This document shows, one piece after another, positions 24,751 to 37,698 of a stretch of 64,000 nt of DNA. Below the pieces are notes generated by a model that was not told where the DNA came from, ran no database searches, and was given only the letters and a program-made list of their open reading frames with translations. Location: contig JBHGNT010000004.1 of the NCBI GenBank assembly GCA_043228905.1, positions 15,438,001 through 15,502,000 of the forward strand. The letters run 5' to 3'. The position numbers and the translations under genes are program-made. Positions within the stretch are counted from its first letter, which is position 1; each line of letters opens with the position of its first letter. The DNA comes from Azolla caroliniana (lineage: Eukaryota; Plantae; Polypodiophyta).

Positions 24751-24901
24751 TAACAAAATGGTTATGTAGATGAGTATACAAAAGACTCAAAGGCAACGAC
24801 CTTGAGCTCATCTTCACCTTATAGACAGATACACATGCACTCTTTCTTTTCTACAGTTAGTGATTACTCTCCTCTGCTCAGACAATGTCATATATACATA
24901 T

Positions 24902-24903
<2 letters not shown>

Positions 24904-24946
<43 letters not shown>

Positions 24947-24963
24947 GATATATATATATATAT
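24904..24963. repeat. (CT)n/(TA)n compound microsatellite
   Basis: Directly visible. Confidence 0.95.
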
Positions 24964-27069
24964 AGGTATTTACAAACGTAGCTACAAGCGGCTCGCCTCT
25001 GTTCGAATCGGCCAAGTCAGCTCCTAACTAAGCCAGTTCTCATACTAGTTTGGCTCACAACTGGATTGGCCAACTTCCATCAGGTTCTTAGCCGGATAGG
25101 TTCTCCTGCCATCAGGAGGGACCTCTTCCAAAAATTAAGATTCAAGCATCGTGGTGGTCATTACTCAATGGATGCATTCCTCTTCAGATTCAACATTTGT
25201 TATGTGCTCAACAATTGGTTAGGTCTTGGCAAGAGTCCTTATCTTTTTTTGAATGGACATCATCAATTAATCAAGAGCTTTGTGATTCATTACAAAATGA
25301 ATAACTCATTTCCTCTTGATTGTTGCATTGGTATGGAGAGGAGAAGTTACAATCTTACTTCAATTGTTTGTTTCGATTAAGAGATGTGGTTGATATTGAA
25401 TCTCCAAGGTTGTTGGAATTTGATGATGCTAAATGATGCTAAATGACTAGGGTCAAGTACATCGTTTGCACTAGTCCATTGGAAGACAATACATGTAGGT
25501 TCATCAAATGCCCTATAGCTCATATAATTTGGAAGTACTTATTAAAGATTTGGTTGTAGTTATCTCGTTGTTATTTGAGACCTCAACAATGTTATTCAGT
25601 ATGTTCAAATTGGTCCAAGTGATGAGTTGGAAATCTTGTTCCATTTCTTATGATATCACGGTTGCAACATAATTGAAATGTGCACAAAGTTTTCATGTTT
25701 GATGGTAGACATGGAGTAAAAGCATATGCTAAGAAGTTGAAAGACATGTGGATGTTTGAGCATGTGGGGATCATTTCCTCAAATGCGCTTTACAAGATGT
25801 TCCTCTACCTACATAGCTTGAGAAGGCTAAGACGTTATAATAGTAGTTTTTACATACAATTAATATAATTGTGTGCTTCTTACACACAATGATAGTGAGT
25901 TTATATATTAATGAATTATCCTTCTCCTTTCCATACATTATATAATGTTTTATAGGTTTCTTGGCATGTGCTTATATAGCTTCTTGGTGTGTTACATTGA
26001 CCTAACCTTCTATTTCGCTAGAGTTCAAATTAGAAGTTAGCTTGATATGACAAGGTCTTCACCTTGTCTTCATTTTGGAGCCCTTATTTAGATCAAAATT
26101 AAGACCCTAGCTAGGGTACTCCATGAAAATTCTTGCTTCAAAAATGGGTTACATCACAATAGTTAGAGGGTCAAACTTTATATGTTGGGTTGGATGTTTT
26201 TGACAAGTATATCAAGATAGGTGAGAGTCGAGACATGACTAGGAGCATCCCACCAAGGCTTGTCATAGGAGAAGGTAAATTTAGGATTTTGCATGAAATG
26301 AGGTGTGTGAATAGTAAACCAATATCAAAATTGTTGGTTGATGCGTGATCAATAAAGAAATATGAACACTATGGTGGTTGTTCACCCATGGGTTTAGATA
26401 TAGGGGCCTTGCGTGTCATGGGACCACCCCTATGACTCAAGGGTGGCAATAGTTGACTATGCTTGTATTTTTTCATTGTACAATGCAAGATAGAGAAGCA
26501 TATATATGTAGTACGTACAAGAATGATATATATATATATAGATATATATATAGGAAATTGGTAAATTCACAGTTTTTTCTGTATTTTCACAGTTTTTTTT
26601 TTTAGTTCAGAAATATGATTATTTGCACTACAAATGAATGTAAAAACTGTTTCAAAACAATTTATTAAGATTTGGAGCATGTTCTAGCATTGTGTCCAGG
26701 CTCTCCACACTTTGAGCACTTTCGCCCCTCTACATATTCAAAATGAGATTTGTCCCTTCTAATTGAAGCTCCCTTATTTTTGGCACCCATTGGTCTTCCT
26801 TTTTTGCGCTGAAGAGGTTGAATATCCTAAATTTCTTTGGTTGGATCATCCAAAACACTTTGAATATGATTAATAAATGATGATGAATGAGTTTGAGGAT
26901 TGTTGTACAACTCATTATGTAATCTCTCAATAAGATTTTTTCTTGGTGAAATATTTTGACTCAAACTAACATTGGTAATGGCTCTAGAAGATGCATTCAA
27001 CTCTAAGAGCCATTGAGAGTCAATATATGCATCAGTTAGTACTTGACCTTCGACCAGCTCCCTTATTGT

Positions 27070-28598
27070 GTGTTTGCAAGGTTACTCGATCTGTTGCTAT
27101 TGTTGAGAAATCAATGCGGAATAGATCACAATAAACGAACTACGCACTGAAATACGAATTACAAAAAATACACCAGAAAGACAAGATAAACAGATGTACA
27201 CAGATATTTACATGGAAGCCCTAAAACGGGGAAAACCACGGGAACAGATTCTTCACTATAAAAATAGTGGATATACAATAGCGAGAAGATTACAACAACA
27301 CTCTCCCATGAGTGCATCAGCCGCACAGGGCTCTTCGCATCTACTGTTACACACACAGCTATGGCGCGGCTCTTCCTTCTCTCACGTTCTCTGTCTCTAC
27401 AACTTCTGTGCTTACACAGTTCATCACTAAAAAGTTTGCCCTAGTTGCATATATACTTACGCAACTTTCTGGTTATTTACATACGTAGCCCTCATGGGGT
27501 GCACACTTAGACTATTTACAATTATAGTCTCCCGAGTTGGATATATACACGTTTCTGGTTTCGGCCAAGTCACTCATCAACTCGGCTCCTCTCTTTTTCC
27601 CATCTAGAGGGACATGTTTCCACACATCATCATTATTATTATTACTATAATAATAATAGTCGAATCTTCAAACAGTCGACTCATTGTTTTTGACTCTTCG
27701 ACTGTCGGCTTTCCTAACAGTCGGATCTTCCCTGTCATCGTCTATCGGCTTTCCAATCAATCGGTTCTTCCTCCCACTAGAGGGACATATTCCCAACAGC
27801 TATTACTCTTGGACTAACAATTGAGCTAAATTCCCTTAACGCCCATTTGTATGATTCTTCTTGCTCATCAGGAAGAACTGCAACAGCAACATTGAAAGTT
27901 TGATTCGTACACACAATTCCTACGAAATTTAGTAAGGGCATGCCAAATTTGTTAGTCTTGTATGTGCAGTCCAACAAGAAAACCCCATCAAATCTTTTAG
28001 CAAGCTTTACAACTTCATTGAACACCAAAAATAATCCATTAACTCTACCGCCGTCATCCAAGCGTAGCTTACTAGTGTATTCTGGGGACGCAATAATATT
28101 TGACAATGTTTCCAATGGAGATCTGCCCTCTAAAAAATCTCTTTTAACACCCTTTACGGCGTTGTATACTTCTTGGATTGAAGTATTACTTTGGGACTCT
28201 TTTTTCAAAGTACTAAGTATCTCCTTCGGTTCAACATTAGATTTGTACATCAATTGAACTTTTATCTTACTTTCACCATCTAATTTCCTATATTTCGAAT
28301 GGCCAACCAAACTATTAGGTATTTCATGGTTGTGATCACCCGAAATCTTTCGAACACACCAAACGCCTTTTTTGCACCCACAAATGATTTCAAATGTGCA
28401 ACATGTTAGCCTAGATCCCTTTTTCCTTTTCTGATCGCCATCACTAGTCTCCTTGACCTTTGGTTCTCCACCCAAATCACACTTCAACTCAACTCTATTA
28501 TAAGCAGATCTTTTTGTTGTTAAAACAATACCTTTTTGAACATATTCTGCTTTGAGAGCTTCGATCATAGCTTCTTTGGAAGAATAGCCAGATTCCAT
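27070..28598 (-). pseudogene. MULE (FAR1/Hop-like) transposase, interrupted and C-terminally deleted
   Basis: MESGYSSKE start; C..C/HNH zinc motif; LDCTYKTNKFGMPL; PRVIA|TDR is split by the solo LTR. Confidence 0.85.
27101..27798 (-). mobile_element. Solo LTR of copia family 2
   Basis: TG...CA ends; GCTAT TSD at 27096-27100 and 27799-27803; termini resemble LTR 9724-10301. Confidence 0.9.
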
Positions 28599-28610
28599 CC
28601 CCCATAAAAA

Positions 28611-28649
<39 letters not shown>

Positions 28650-28921
28650 GCATAATATGCAGGGAGGGAGGGAGGGAGGAGCGAGCGAGCAGTTACTTCT
28701 CTTCTCTTCTCTTCTCCCTTTCCATACCAAACTTGTGAGTGAGTGTGTGTGTGTGTGTATATAAACTGTGAGCGAGTAATTTTCGCGCCTCAGTTTAGAA
28801 AGGTTGTACATATTGTGAGTGAGCACACAAATTCATTTGTAGTGCAAATAATCATATTTTTGAATTAAAAAAAAAACTGTGAAAATACGGAAAAAACTGT
28901 GAATTTACCAATTTCCTATAT

Positions 28922-28959
<38 letters not shown>

Positions 28960-31044
28960 CAAATTTACATATAACAATGTATGTTTGCATAATTTATGCA
29001 CATAATATGTATTTTAAAATAGTGTATATATGCTCATACTTTAAATGCAACCAAGATTGAAATCCACCCACCTCCAATAATTGGAAGTGGATCCTTGGCA
29101 TATCTAGTTTTCATGAATAAATGCTAAATTGTTGACTTGTCACATAAATCCTTATTGCTTAACAATGAAAGGTAATGGGAGTTCCAAAAACTTACAACAT
29201 GGACAAAAAACATAGGCATCTTCTCTGTGAATTGTGTGCAAGTCTTATTATTTCTGAATTCCTCGTAAACATTAGCAAAGAGAAAAGGGAATAATTTGAC
29301 TTTGTAATTAGTCGAACGACATATGTAAATTAGCAAAAAAGGGAATTACTTGACAAACGAGTGCTCCTCCAAGGGAATAAGTGTAATTGTAACCTAAAGT
29401 GGGGAAAACTTCCGACCATGTAGGTAGAGACAACAAAAACTGTGTTCCAAGGGCATTGGATAAAAAAGGAAAACTAAGGTGAACGGGTTTTCCTGACTTG
29501 AAAGATGAGCTTCTCCATGCAAAGTTGCATAATGACAAACAAGCTCTCTTAGGAACAATTTCTTCATCAATCCCAAAGGTTCATGTGTTCTTTAAAGTTC
29601 CTTTATTAGAATATTGGTGTCTCTTCTCATGCTAAGATTAAAAAACATTTTCGTGCTTTTGCTTTATCAATATGGGTCAAAACATAATAGGTTTGATTTA
29701 CAATGTCAAGTAGAGTACAACACCCTAACATAATAGACAACCTTTCCTTAGAATTCAAAGTAGTTTGAAAGAACAAGCTATACATATCAAGAATAAGTTG
29801 ACCTATTGGTATACTTTGTTCAATTTAATGGATGAAGCTTTGCTTTCCATTAGTTTAGAGCAATGCATGTGAACGTATGCACTTAATGTTTGCAATACCT
29901 TGCAAGTCCAATGACCTATATGATCATTCAATTAGTGTCCAATCACCAAAAGCATGCGTTTCTTATTTCAATTCAAAATTACCACTAGAACACGAATGCT
30001 CTTAACAAAGGCATTGTGATTACTATTTGTATCTAGTTCATGTCTTGTTATCCAATATTTCTTAATATTCTTGCATCATATGGAGGTAGTATTTACAACA
30101 CATAATCTTCACTCATATGAGAACTTGCAAAGATATCAACTATTTGTGCAATCTTTCATAACATATGGGTACGATAATTAGTGGTTTTTAACTGTTTACA
30201 AGATATTATGGGCATGATAACATTAATGTTTTTTAAGTGTTTCAAATATCTTGCAAACCACCTTTATCTGTTTATAAATAACAAACATCAACTTCTCCCA
30301 ACACTTGAAGATTTGTATATAGCTCCGAAGTCCTCTACATAAACATAGAGCCATGCTTATAACAATGGTCACATAGATTAAGCACTTACCCATAAACATG
30401 ATGAAGTACACGCAATCTTCCCTAAAATAGAAGCAAGCACTTAACCCATGAAGTACTTAATGAGAAATTTTTTTAATGAAAATGCCAGGTTAGATCAACA
30501 AAACATAAACCTACATTTTTTTCATCCCCATACATACTATTACACAAACTTTTCATGCCAATAGGCTTAATGTCCTCTATATCACAAGGTCATGACAAAC
30601 AATCACATAGTTTGTCTTGATATACTTACAATAGGTAGCCATTCTCAAATGATATATATTTTTTATTGTTCTCGAGGTAAAATTATAGCGATCACCTTGA
30701 ATTTATCGTGCAGAAATAAATGCATTAAAGATACAATAGCATCAAAACTAGATTTGTGTACAACTAATAAACATTTGTATGTTTGAATATGATTAACACA
30801 CATGCACATTAGGTAACGGTAAAGATTGTTACAAAATGCGTCACTTTGACCATGCATACAATTTAGGTCCTAGAAAGATATCTAGCAAAAAATGGATAAT
30901 TCGCATGTGTGAAGAAATGACCAATCTAGACGATGAACATCAATGTACAATTATGCACAAAAACATGGGAGAACAAATAACTTACCATTTTACACCTGTA
31001 GTTTTCATAATGTTCAGTATCAAAGTGGAGAATGAAGGTATTGA

Positions 31045-32151
31045 CTAGCCAGGAGGAGACCTATGCCGGTGCCTTTGTTGTCTATAGGTAAGAGATGGCA
31101 TTCTAGCAACTTCTTCAGGATCATGCCCATCTCTTATATTGTTCTCGTTATCCCGACTATGTTGCAAAATCTCCCCCCATAGCCCTTGTCTTGTGCGAGA
31201 AGACCCTCGAAAACGCCTGAAGACACCTCTAAAAGGTAGAAATGGCCTTGAATGTGTGGATCCAAACACTTGGAATAGTAAGAAGACGGTTAAGAGATGG
31301 CCCTCATCATCATGAGTTGAGCCATTCCCAATAAAATTCATATAGTTTTCTTCTACATTACTATCGGTATCATCATCAATGGCATAATCACCGAGAATGG
31401 TCGAATGAGGCATAGCCGAGCGAATAACACTCCATACATCACCGATGTCTCGTTGACGTTGTAGTCGTGTCCACCGACGGACACGATTGGGGTCTAGCTC
31501 AGATGGCCGTGCAAAAGGATGCTCTCTTCGGGCATGCGCACGGAGTTCAACATAAGAACCCACAAAAGAGCAAGACTCACTGGCACAAACCCTAGTTTTC
31601 TTGTCCAGATAGTGTCGTGCTTTCTTCACCACTTCCCATCCTTGCACTTGACCACGACAGAGTGGACAAAGAAGACCTGACAAATCCCGACCATTTCTAG
31701 ACAAGGTCCTAGGGAAGCTCTCTGGGTGTTGCTCCGCTGAGTTCTCCCTTCCATATGGGTCTACATTGTTGTCATGCCCACTTGAAAAGCTGGATGAAGC
31801 CACATTACCATTATTATTAGACCTTTCATGCTCACCATCTACACAAACTTTGTGAGATGCTAAGTGAGCTTTACAATACTGATCGAGGCAATTCGAGTGG
31901 CGGTAACTTGTATCGCATACATAAGTCCGACATCCTTTCTCATACGAACTACAATGGAGTAGGATTGCATTATGTGGTGTCTCCATACAAACAGGACATG
32001 TTGTGTCTTCCCACTCATTTTTCGAGGTACTTCCACTACCATCATCGACGTAGTTATTTGATGATCCATTTCCATGCCTTGAGTAAGGTTTGCGTACGTG
32101 TTCGTTTGTCTTATGAGAGAAATTATGAGACTTTCCTTTGTCTTTTGGCAT
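31045..32151 (-). CDS. DUF1644 domain-containing plant protein (368 aa from the first ATG)
   Basis: WEDTTCPVCMETPHNAILLHCSSYEKGCRTYVCDTSYRHSNCLDQY, CPLCRGQVQGW and HARREHP motifs; uninterrupted ORF. Confidence 0.93.
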   Translation of the reverse strand: MPKDKGKSHNFSHKTNEHVRKPYSRHGNGSSNNYVDDGSGSTSKNEWEDTTCPVCMETPHNAILLHCSSYEKGCRTYVCDTSYRHSNCLDQYCKAHLASHKVCVDGEHERSNNNGNVASSSFSSGHDNNVDPYGRENSAEQHPESFPRTLSRNGRDLSGLLCPLCRGQVQGWEVVKKARHYLDKKTRVCASESCSFVGSYVELRAHARREHPFARPSELDPNRVRRWTRLQRQRDIGDVWSVIRSAMPHSTILGDYAIDDDTDSNVEENYMNFIGNGSTHDDEGHLLTVFLLFQVFGSTHSRPFLPFRGVFRRFRGSSRTRQGLWGEILQHSRDNENNIRDGHDPEEVARMPSLTYRQQRHRHRSPPG

Positions 32152-33886
32152 GTTTGAGTTCTCGTGCCTTGATTTCAACTATATATATGTATGAATATAT
32201 AGAAATATATACGCATATATATAAAAGAGAGAATAGGCACAAGTATTAGACAATGCATTGGAGTAATTAGTTGCATTGACATCTCCGTGAACATCATCGT
32301 ACCTTGTTAAAAAGATTACTTGATGTCTGATTTCTCAGTTATCCGCAACCAATAACCAATGTTTGTAAAACTATACCCAATAAAGAAAACATAAACACCA
32401 AAAAGACTGGTTAGTACCTCCAACTTAAAACAATTATATTGTCATTAGACTTATGGAGGTATTTTGGTTTCCAGAGGGTAAGAGAGAATAATATGATTCT
32501 AACATGTCATGAACAGTACAGGACCAATCCTCAACAAATCATACCATCATTCCCATCTTTTTTACATAATCACAAACAGATTTACTGGCAAGGAGAAAAA
32601 GCATCTCGACTCCAGAAATTAGCCATCAAACTAACAAAACCTAGGAATTACCTATGCACAAAAAGAACGATTTTCTTCACCAGGATTTACTTATGAATAT
32701 CAAAGATAATCAGGCTTTCTAACCTTTTTTACTACAGGAATCTATGTGCTTTTTACATCATGTGAATGTAGGTCTCTCAATCAACAATGCACTTGGTGGT
32801 GCAACCTTCAGGTTACGAAGATCGTGCTAGAGAAACAGGATCCCTCGTAAGCTTGATCATGATTCATGATAGGAATCCTCGTTGGGCGGACCTGCCATTG
32901 AGGATACATTTATCCAAGTCTATTTTTTTCTAAGAGACTCCATGAATGTACAACACCTCATGTGGACATAGGTTTCCCTATGAACTATACACCCAAAAGG
33001 AGAATGAAATGACAACCTCTCAAGATTGTGACGGAACATGTTTTAATTCTTACGTTCAGTAGATTAGCTCTTAAGCGTTTTTTCCTCGGGGAAGCTTCCA
33101 TGAATGCTTTAAAGACCAATGTGTGAATACGTCTACCTATCAACTAATCATGTGGAGGATCTTGAACCTCAAAGAGTCACTACGTTCAAAATAAATGCTT
33201 TAGTTTTTGGATAAACTCCCATGAATACACAATCAACCCATGGAGAAATAGGCTTATGTAAGAGTTATACAACTGACGAGATTGACGTCAAGGTTATTAC
33301 GCGAAAAGCAATTAACTGCAATTCACCCACCATTCTTCTTTTCATGGAAACTCCATGAATACACACCCTTGAATACGTAAGTCACCTATGAACCAAAGCA
33401 CACAAGATTTAACTTGTATACACCTTGGTATTAAGATTGTTTCTGTATAACCCTTGTTACTAAGACTTTTTCTTTGAACCCACCACCACCTTAAAGCTAT
33501 GAGGTCTCATGATTTCACCTGTCTAATCGTTTCTATTCAGATCTTTCCTTCAAATTCATGTAGCAAGATGCATACACAACCTTCTAACTTGTAGAACCCT
33601 TGTTTTAAAGCTTTGTGACCTTCAACTCATGACATGAGTTATAAAAACACAAGGTTTCATTCGTATAATTGTGTTATTTCAAAGTTCCCCTGAAAAAACC
33701 TATGTGGGTTTTTATTGCAGAGAACCAAATGCAACTACAAATCTTCATTCTCACAAAAGAGACTTGAGAAAGGGCAAAACATTGCTGAAAACAAAAGAAC
33801 AAAGGCTTTCAAAGGCAACACAAACCCTAGATCTCGCAGGAACAAAACAGAGAACCCACAGATGAAGAGAGAGGGGATACACAAAC

Positions 33887-34100
33887 CTGTCAGCAGCAGC
33901 AGCAGCAGAAGAAGAAGAAGAAGAAGAAGAAGCTATAGGATGCCATCGCTGGGTCTTCTTTGGATGGCGTGTTTCTCCGGAAGGCTAACCTGGCACGGTG
34001 CCAGCGTGGCGGCCACAGCAGTGCAAGTAACGCGCTTGAAAGAAGGGGAAGGAGGGGAGGGAAGGGAAAGGGGGGTGAATGACAGAGAAACGAGAGCAGC
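33887..34100 (-). promoter_or_regulatory. Probable first non-coding exon / 5' UTR of the DUF1644 gene
   Basis: CT-rich on minus; CAG|GTTTGT donor at 33886; AG acceptor at 32180-32179 just upstream of the ATG. Confidence 0.5.
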
Positions 34101-34104
34101 GTTT

Positions 34105-34290
34105 GGGTATACATACATACATATATGTATGTACGTACGTACGTACGTATGTATGTATGTATGTGTGTGTATGTATGATATATATGTTTGTAAATTGTAT
34201 TAATATGTACATATGTATGATATATATATGTATATGTATGTATACAATATATATATACGTATGCATGTTATGTATGTACAATACATATGT
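34105..34290. repeat. TA/TATG low-complexity repeat
   Basis: Directly visible. Confidence 0.9.
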
Positions 34291-34699
34291 ATCCTTGGGC
34301 GTTCCAAATCTCAATATAATTGCTCACACCTCCCTACCTTTGCTAGAGGACACTACTACTTTGCATTCAGTTTTGTGGGTGGCAAGTGTGGCCCATCCTC
34401 ACGCTCCTTATTCCAAATGCAAAACATAGATGTGTGTTAGGCAGGCAGGCGGTCAGGGGAGAGGTAAATCGTCGTCCCATTGTTCTGGGGCTTTGATGTT
34501 GTGTAGAATCTATGTATCGATGGAGTTAAACCCTCCTCGATGTCGTTTGCGGAGCTCGAACCGGTGTATACCCTTTTGATGACAAATCGGGTGGATATGG
34601 TTGTCGGACACCCCTGAACCTCACACTCACTTAACGATTAATTGATTATTAAGCATGATATCTCTCTCGCTCTCATAGACAATAAGAGTAATGAATATG

Positions 34700-36625
34700 T
34701 TTTTTTATTTTTTTATTTTATTTTCCCTTGAAAGATTTTCCTCATTAATATTAAGAAAAAACATGTGAATGCTACAATTTAAGCTTGTGTGCCCAAAAGC
34801 TTACAATGTTCCATGTACAATGATATACGATAATCCTAAGACCAAAGCTCGAACTTTGTAAAAGGTATAGAAATTTATTGTTGCACTCTATCGTGCTTCA
34901 CTGATATTCAAGAAAGGGTCCACGGAAGTTGACAGTCCCATTGAGGCCCTTGAGTTGACTCTGTAAACAGGGGTAACTTTTTCCATAAGTGAAGGAGCTT
35001 CTTCTTTCTCTTGTTCACAGTCTCTGGTGAACCCTGCATGTTGTCATACTGGCCGCGGACTACTGCCAGCAAGTTCTCCCATATCTCACACAAGACATTT
35101 GAGAGACTCTAATATGTCGCATCATAACGTCGGTTGCATCAACATTTCCATAATGCCCATAACGTTATTGTAGTCATTGTTTTCCATATCTGGACAGATC
35201 GCACCTGCTTTCGAGGTAGTTGAAAGGGGTTGGCCAATATCAATATTCTATTATGTACCATCATTGCCTCTTGAACATCGTTTGCCTCATATTGGAATGT
35301 AACACTCCCCACATTGATGATCCCCATGAAAATAGGCATCCGACATTGATTGTTACAAATAATGAACGAACTTTATTCCATACTTGTTGAGCCAAGGAAC
35401 ATGACCAAAGAGCATGCTTGGCAGTCTCCTGAGCTTCATGGCAAAAGTCACATTGTCGAAGATTGGGTGTTACATTCCCTTTCAATGAGTAACCAATTGG
35501 TAAGGCCATATGCACGAATAGCCATCTGAAGAGAATAAATTTAGTTGGCCCCTTGAATGACCAAATCCATCTCTAGTAGGTTTTCAAATGCAAAGCTGAG
35601 ACCCCCCAAGTGGTCCAATGTTTCTGAGCGGCTGGTATCCTTGCATTCCGAGAGAGCAATAGTGCTCTTTCAAGTTTTACTTAGTACTGAAAGAAAGGAA
35701 CCTTTATGATCTATTCCCCCAAGGAATGTGACCAAAACCAACCCCCTGGATCCCATCTTAATCTTGCAACCGGGTCTTTTGCATATAACCACAACATATC
35801 ACACATATGAGCAATTGAAGGATAAGGATCAAGCATCCATTTCTTTCCAAATTTAGCAACCACTCTGATTGGTGCACTTCGTAAGTGTTGTAGTTATCTA
35901 CACTCTAAGGTGTAAGGTTGTAATGTATGATTGTCTAGGACCTGAAAGTAAGCAGCACACCCGTTATGTGAAACACTTGACAACCATCAATGTGTCCTTT
36001 ATGAAGCATCTAAACCACATATGTTCCTTCCTGGGTTGAAAGGTTGTAGAAAACGAAGAATATGTTGATGATATACTAGCAGTCATTATCTTGGCACCAT
36101 GGACTGATTGTAATTGTGCAAGACGATCTTCTTGTGACATTTGTTGAAATTGATTCCATGTTCTTACAGATGCAGCTAGCCCATTATCCAATTTTCCCAG
36201 GCAAGGTGAGTTCTTAGGCCCAACACTTTTCCTGCATTATCCTGAAATAAAGAATTGGCAAGAAGAGGCTGATTAAGTAGTGCATCCCATATATAAGTCT
36301 TGTCCTTAAGCAAGAATGACTTAATCACACCCCATGCCCTTATGATTCCAAGCAAAAATCTATTGGATGCAAGATCCCGCCTTGGTGTTTGTACATCATT
36401 CAAGAATAACCATTTTAAAGAGGGTGACCAAACACCGCCCATCTTAGGACTTGACTGCATCAACTAATTTAGAAATATCCCTTTCCAAGATTCTGATCTT
36501 GGCAACAATCCTCTGATCACAAACTTAATCAAAAGAGCTCTTGACTACATTAAAGGATCTATCAAACCCAAACCTCCATTGCTTTTAGGTTGGATTAACA
36601 CATTCCACTTCATGTGAGGTCGCTC
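34700..36625 (-). mobile_element. L1-like LINE 3' fragment
   Basis: PKSNGGLGLIDP near 36555-36590; CDFCHEAQETAKHALWSC zf-RVT-like motif; LWALWK; A-rich tail (T-rich on plus) ~34700-34724. Confidence 0.8.
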
Positions 36626-37698
36626 CTATGACACACACATCCAACATCCCTCCCTCGATACATGGATACGATGCCACCATGAGATCATCATTACAGAAGG
36701 CATTTGTAATGACATAACCATGTGATGGGCCACGTGGGCCTATTACAAAAACATGGCTCATTTGGCTTGACCATTAGGTTGCACTTTTGTGTATGCCGTC
36801 GAATTATGAGACTTGAGGTTAGGTAACGTACCAACATAGTTTTGAAGTAAACGAGGGGGAAATAAGGACTTTCAACATATATGTTTTCTTTTAAAAAACA
36901 TATATGGGCAAATGCCTTTGTATATGTCTTATACACATAAAACATAAAACATTTAAAATGAGCAAACCAATTGGTTAGCTCAAGTGTTTAATGCATTTGT
37001 TCTCAAGGTCTCGAGTTCAAATATGACCAAGACAATACAACATTGTTGATACATATGCTTGTAACACATGTTTAGACTTTAGGTCTAAGTGCACTTTGGG
37101 GTCCTCGTAATAGGACTTAAAGAGCCGAAACCATATGTGTGGGCACAGAGACATAGTTTATTGTTAACATTTTTCGTGTTTAAACTATTCATGACGCAAA
37201 CATACATGGTTGAGCCTCGGGGAGCCGCCATGAAAAAATCGATATAGAGATTAGGGAAATACATTCATTTGTCAACCCCATGGTTTTTAAAACACCTTTG
37301 TGTTACCATAGTAACCTGATCTTGAACCTCATCTCATATGTGTATAGGGGTATTGACGTGAGATCATGATATCGATGAATGTTTGCCCATGATATGTTTA
37401 CATCATGACATAATGTTATGACTATTTGTCTGACCTTATCCTATTTCTTTGCTAGAAATTGTCATTCAATGGCTCATAATAACGACCCGATGTCATCTAC
37501 TCAAGCAGAAGGAATTCAAGGAAATCCTCCTGGGCCAATCCCCCTTGAGTCGTATTTGATACAAATACAAAATTTCCTTAATTCAACCGCGCATGTGATG
37601 TCCGAACTTCGGCAATCTCATAGTGCTCTCGAGGCATGTGTCATTAGTTTACAACGTGATACTAATAGACCCGATGAGCGTCAGGGTGAACCATCATT
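36626..37698. mobile_element. Probable LTR-like segment with a tRNA-like cassette, followed by a gag-like N-terminus
   Basis: Abrupt break in the LINE; TTAGCTCAAGTG...GAGTTCAAAT at ~36976-37022; CATGACA at 37410; short ORF from 37418. Confidence 0.3.

Larger units (their letters stand above)
26553..28916 (-). mobile_element. Mutator-like element (MULE) with ~87-bp TIRs and truncated transposase, inserted in (TA)n
   Basis: TIR GGAAATTGGTAAATTCACAG... at 26553 with its reverse complement ending at 28916; flanked by TA repeats. Confidence 0.92.

Noticed and set aside
25000-26450. Possible decayed gene or TE (PTC...PC..HVYH, RING-like remnant)
   Set aside because: The motif needs frameshifts and cannot be supported without a search.
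27777-28826. 349-aa ORF as a host FAR1-like gene
   Set aside because: It lies between TIRs, its N-terminal extension is microsatellite and its end is within a solo LTR.
29000-31000. Possible highly decayed hAT-type transposase
   Set aside because: Only vague peptide resemblance; no TIRs or usable ORF.
33715-34440. Overlapping ORFs rich in Y/I/M/C
   Set aside because: Translations of simple repeats.
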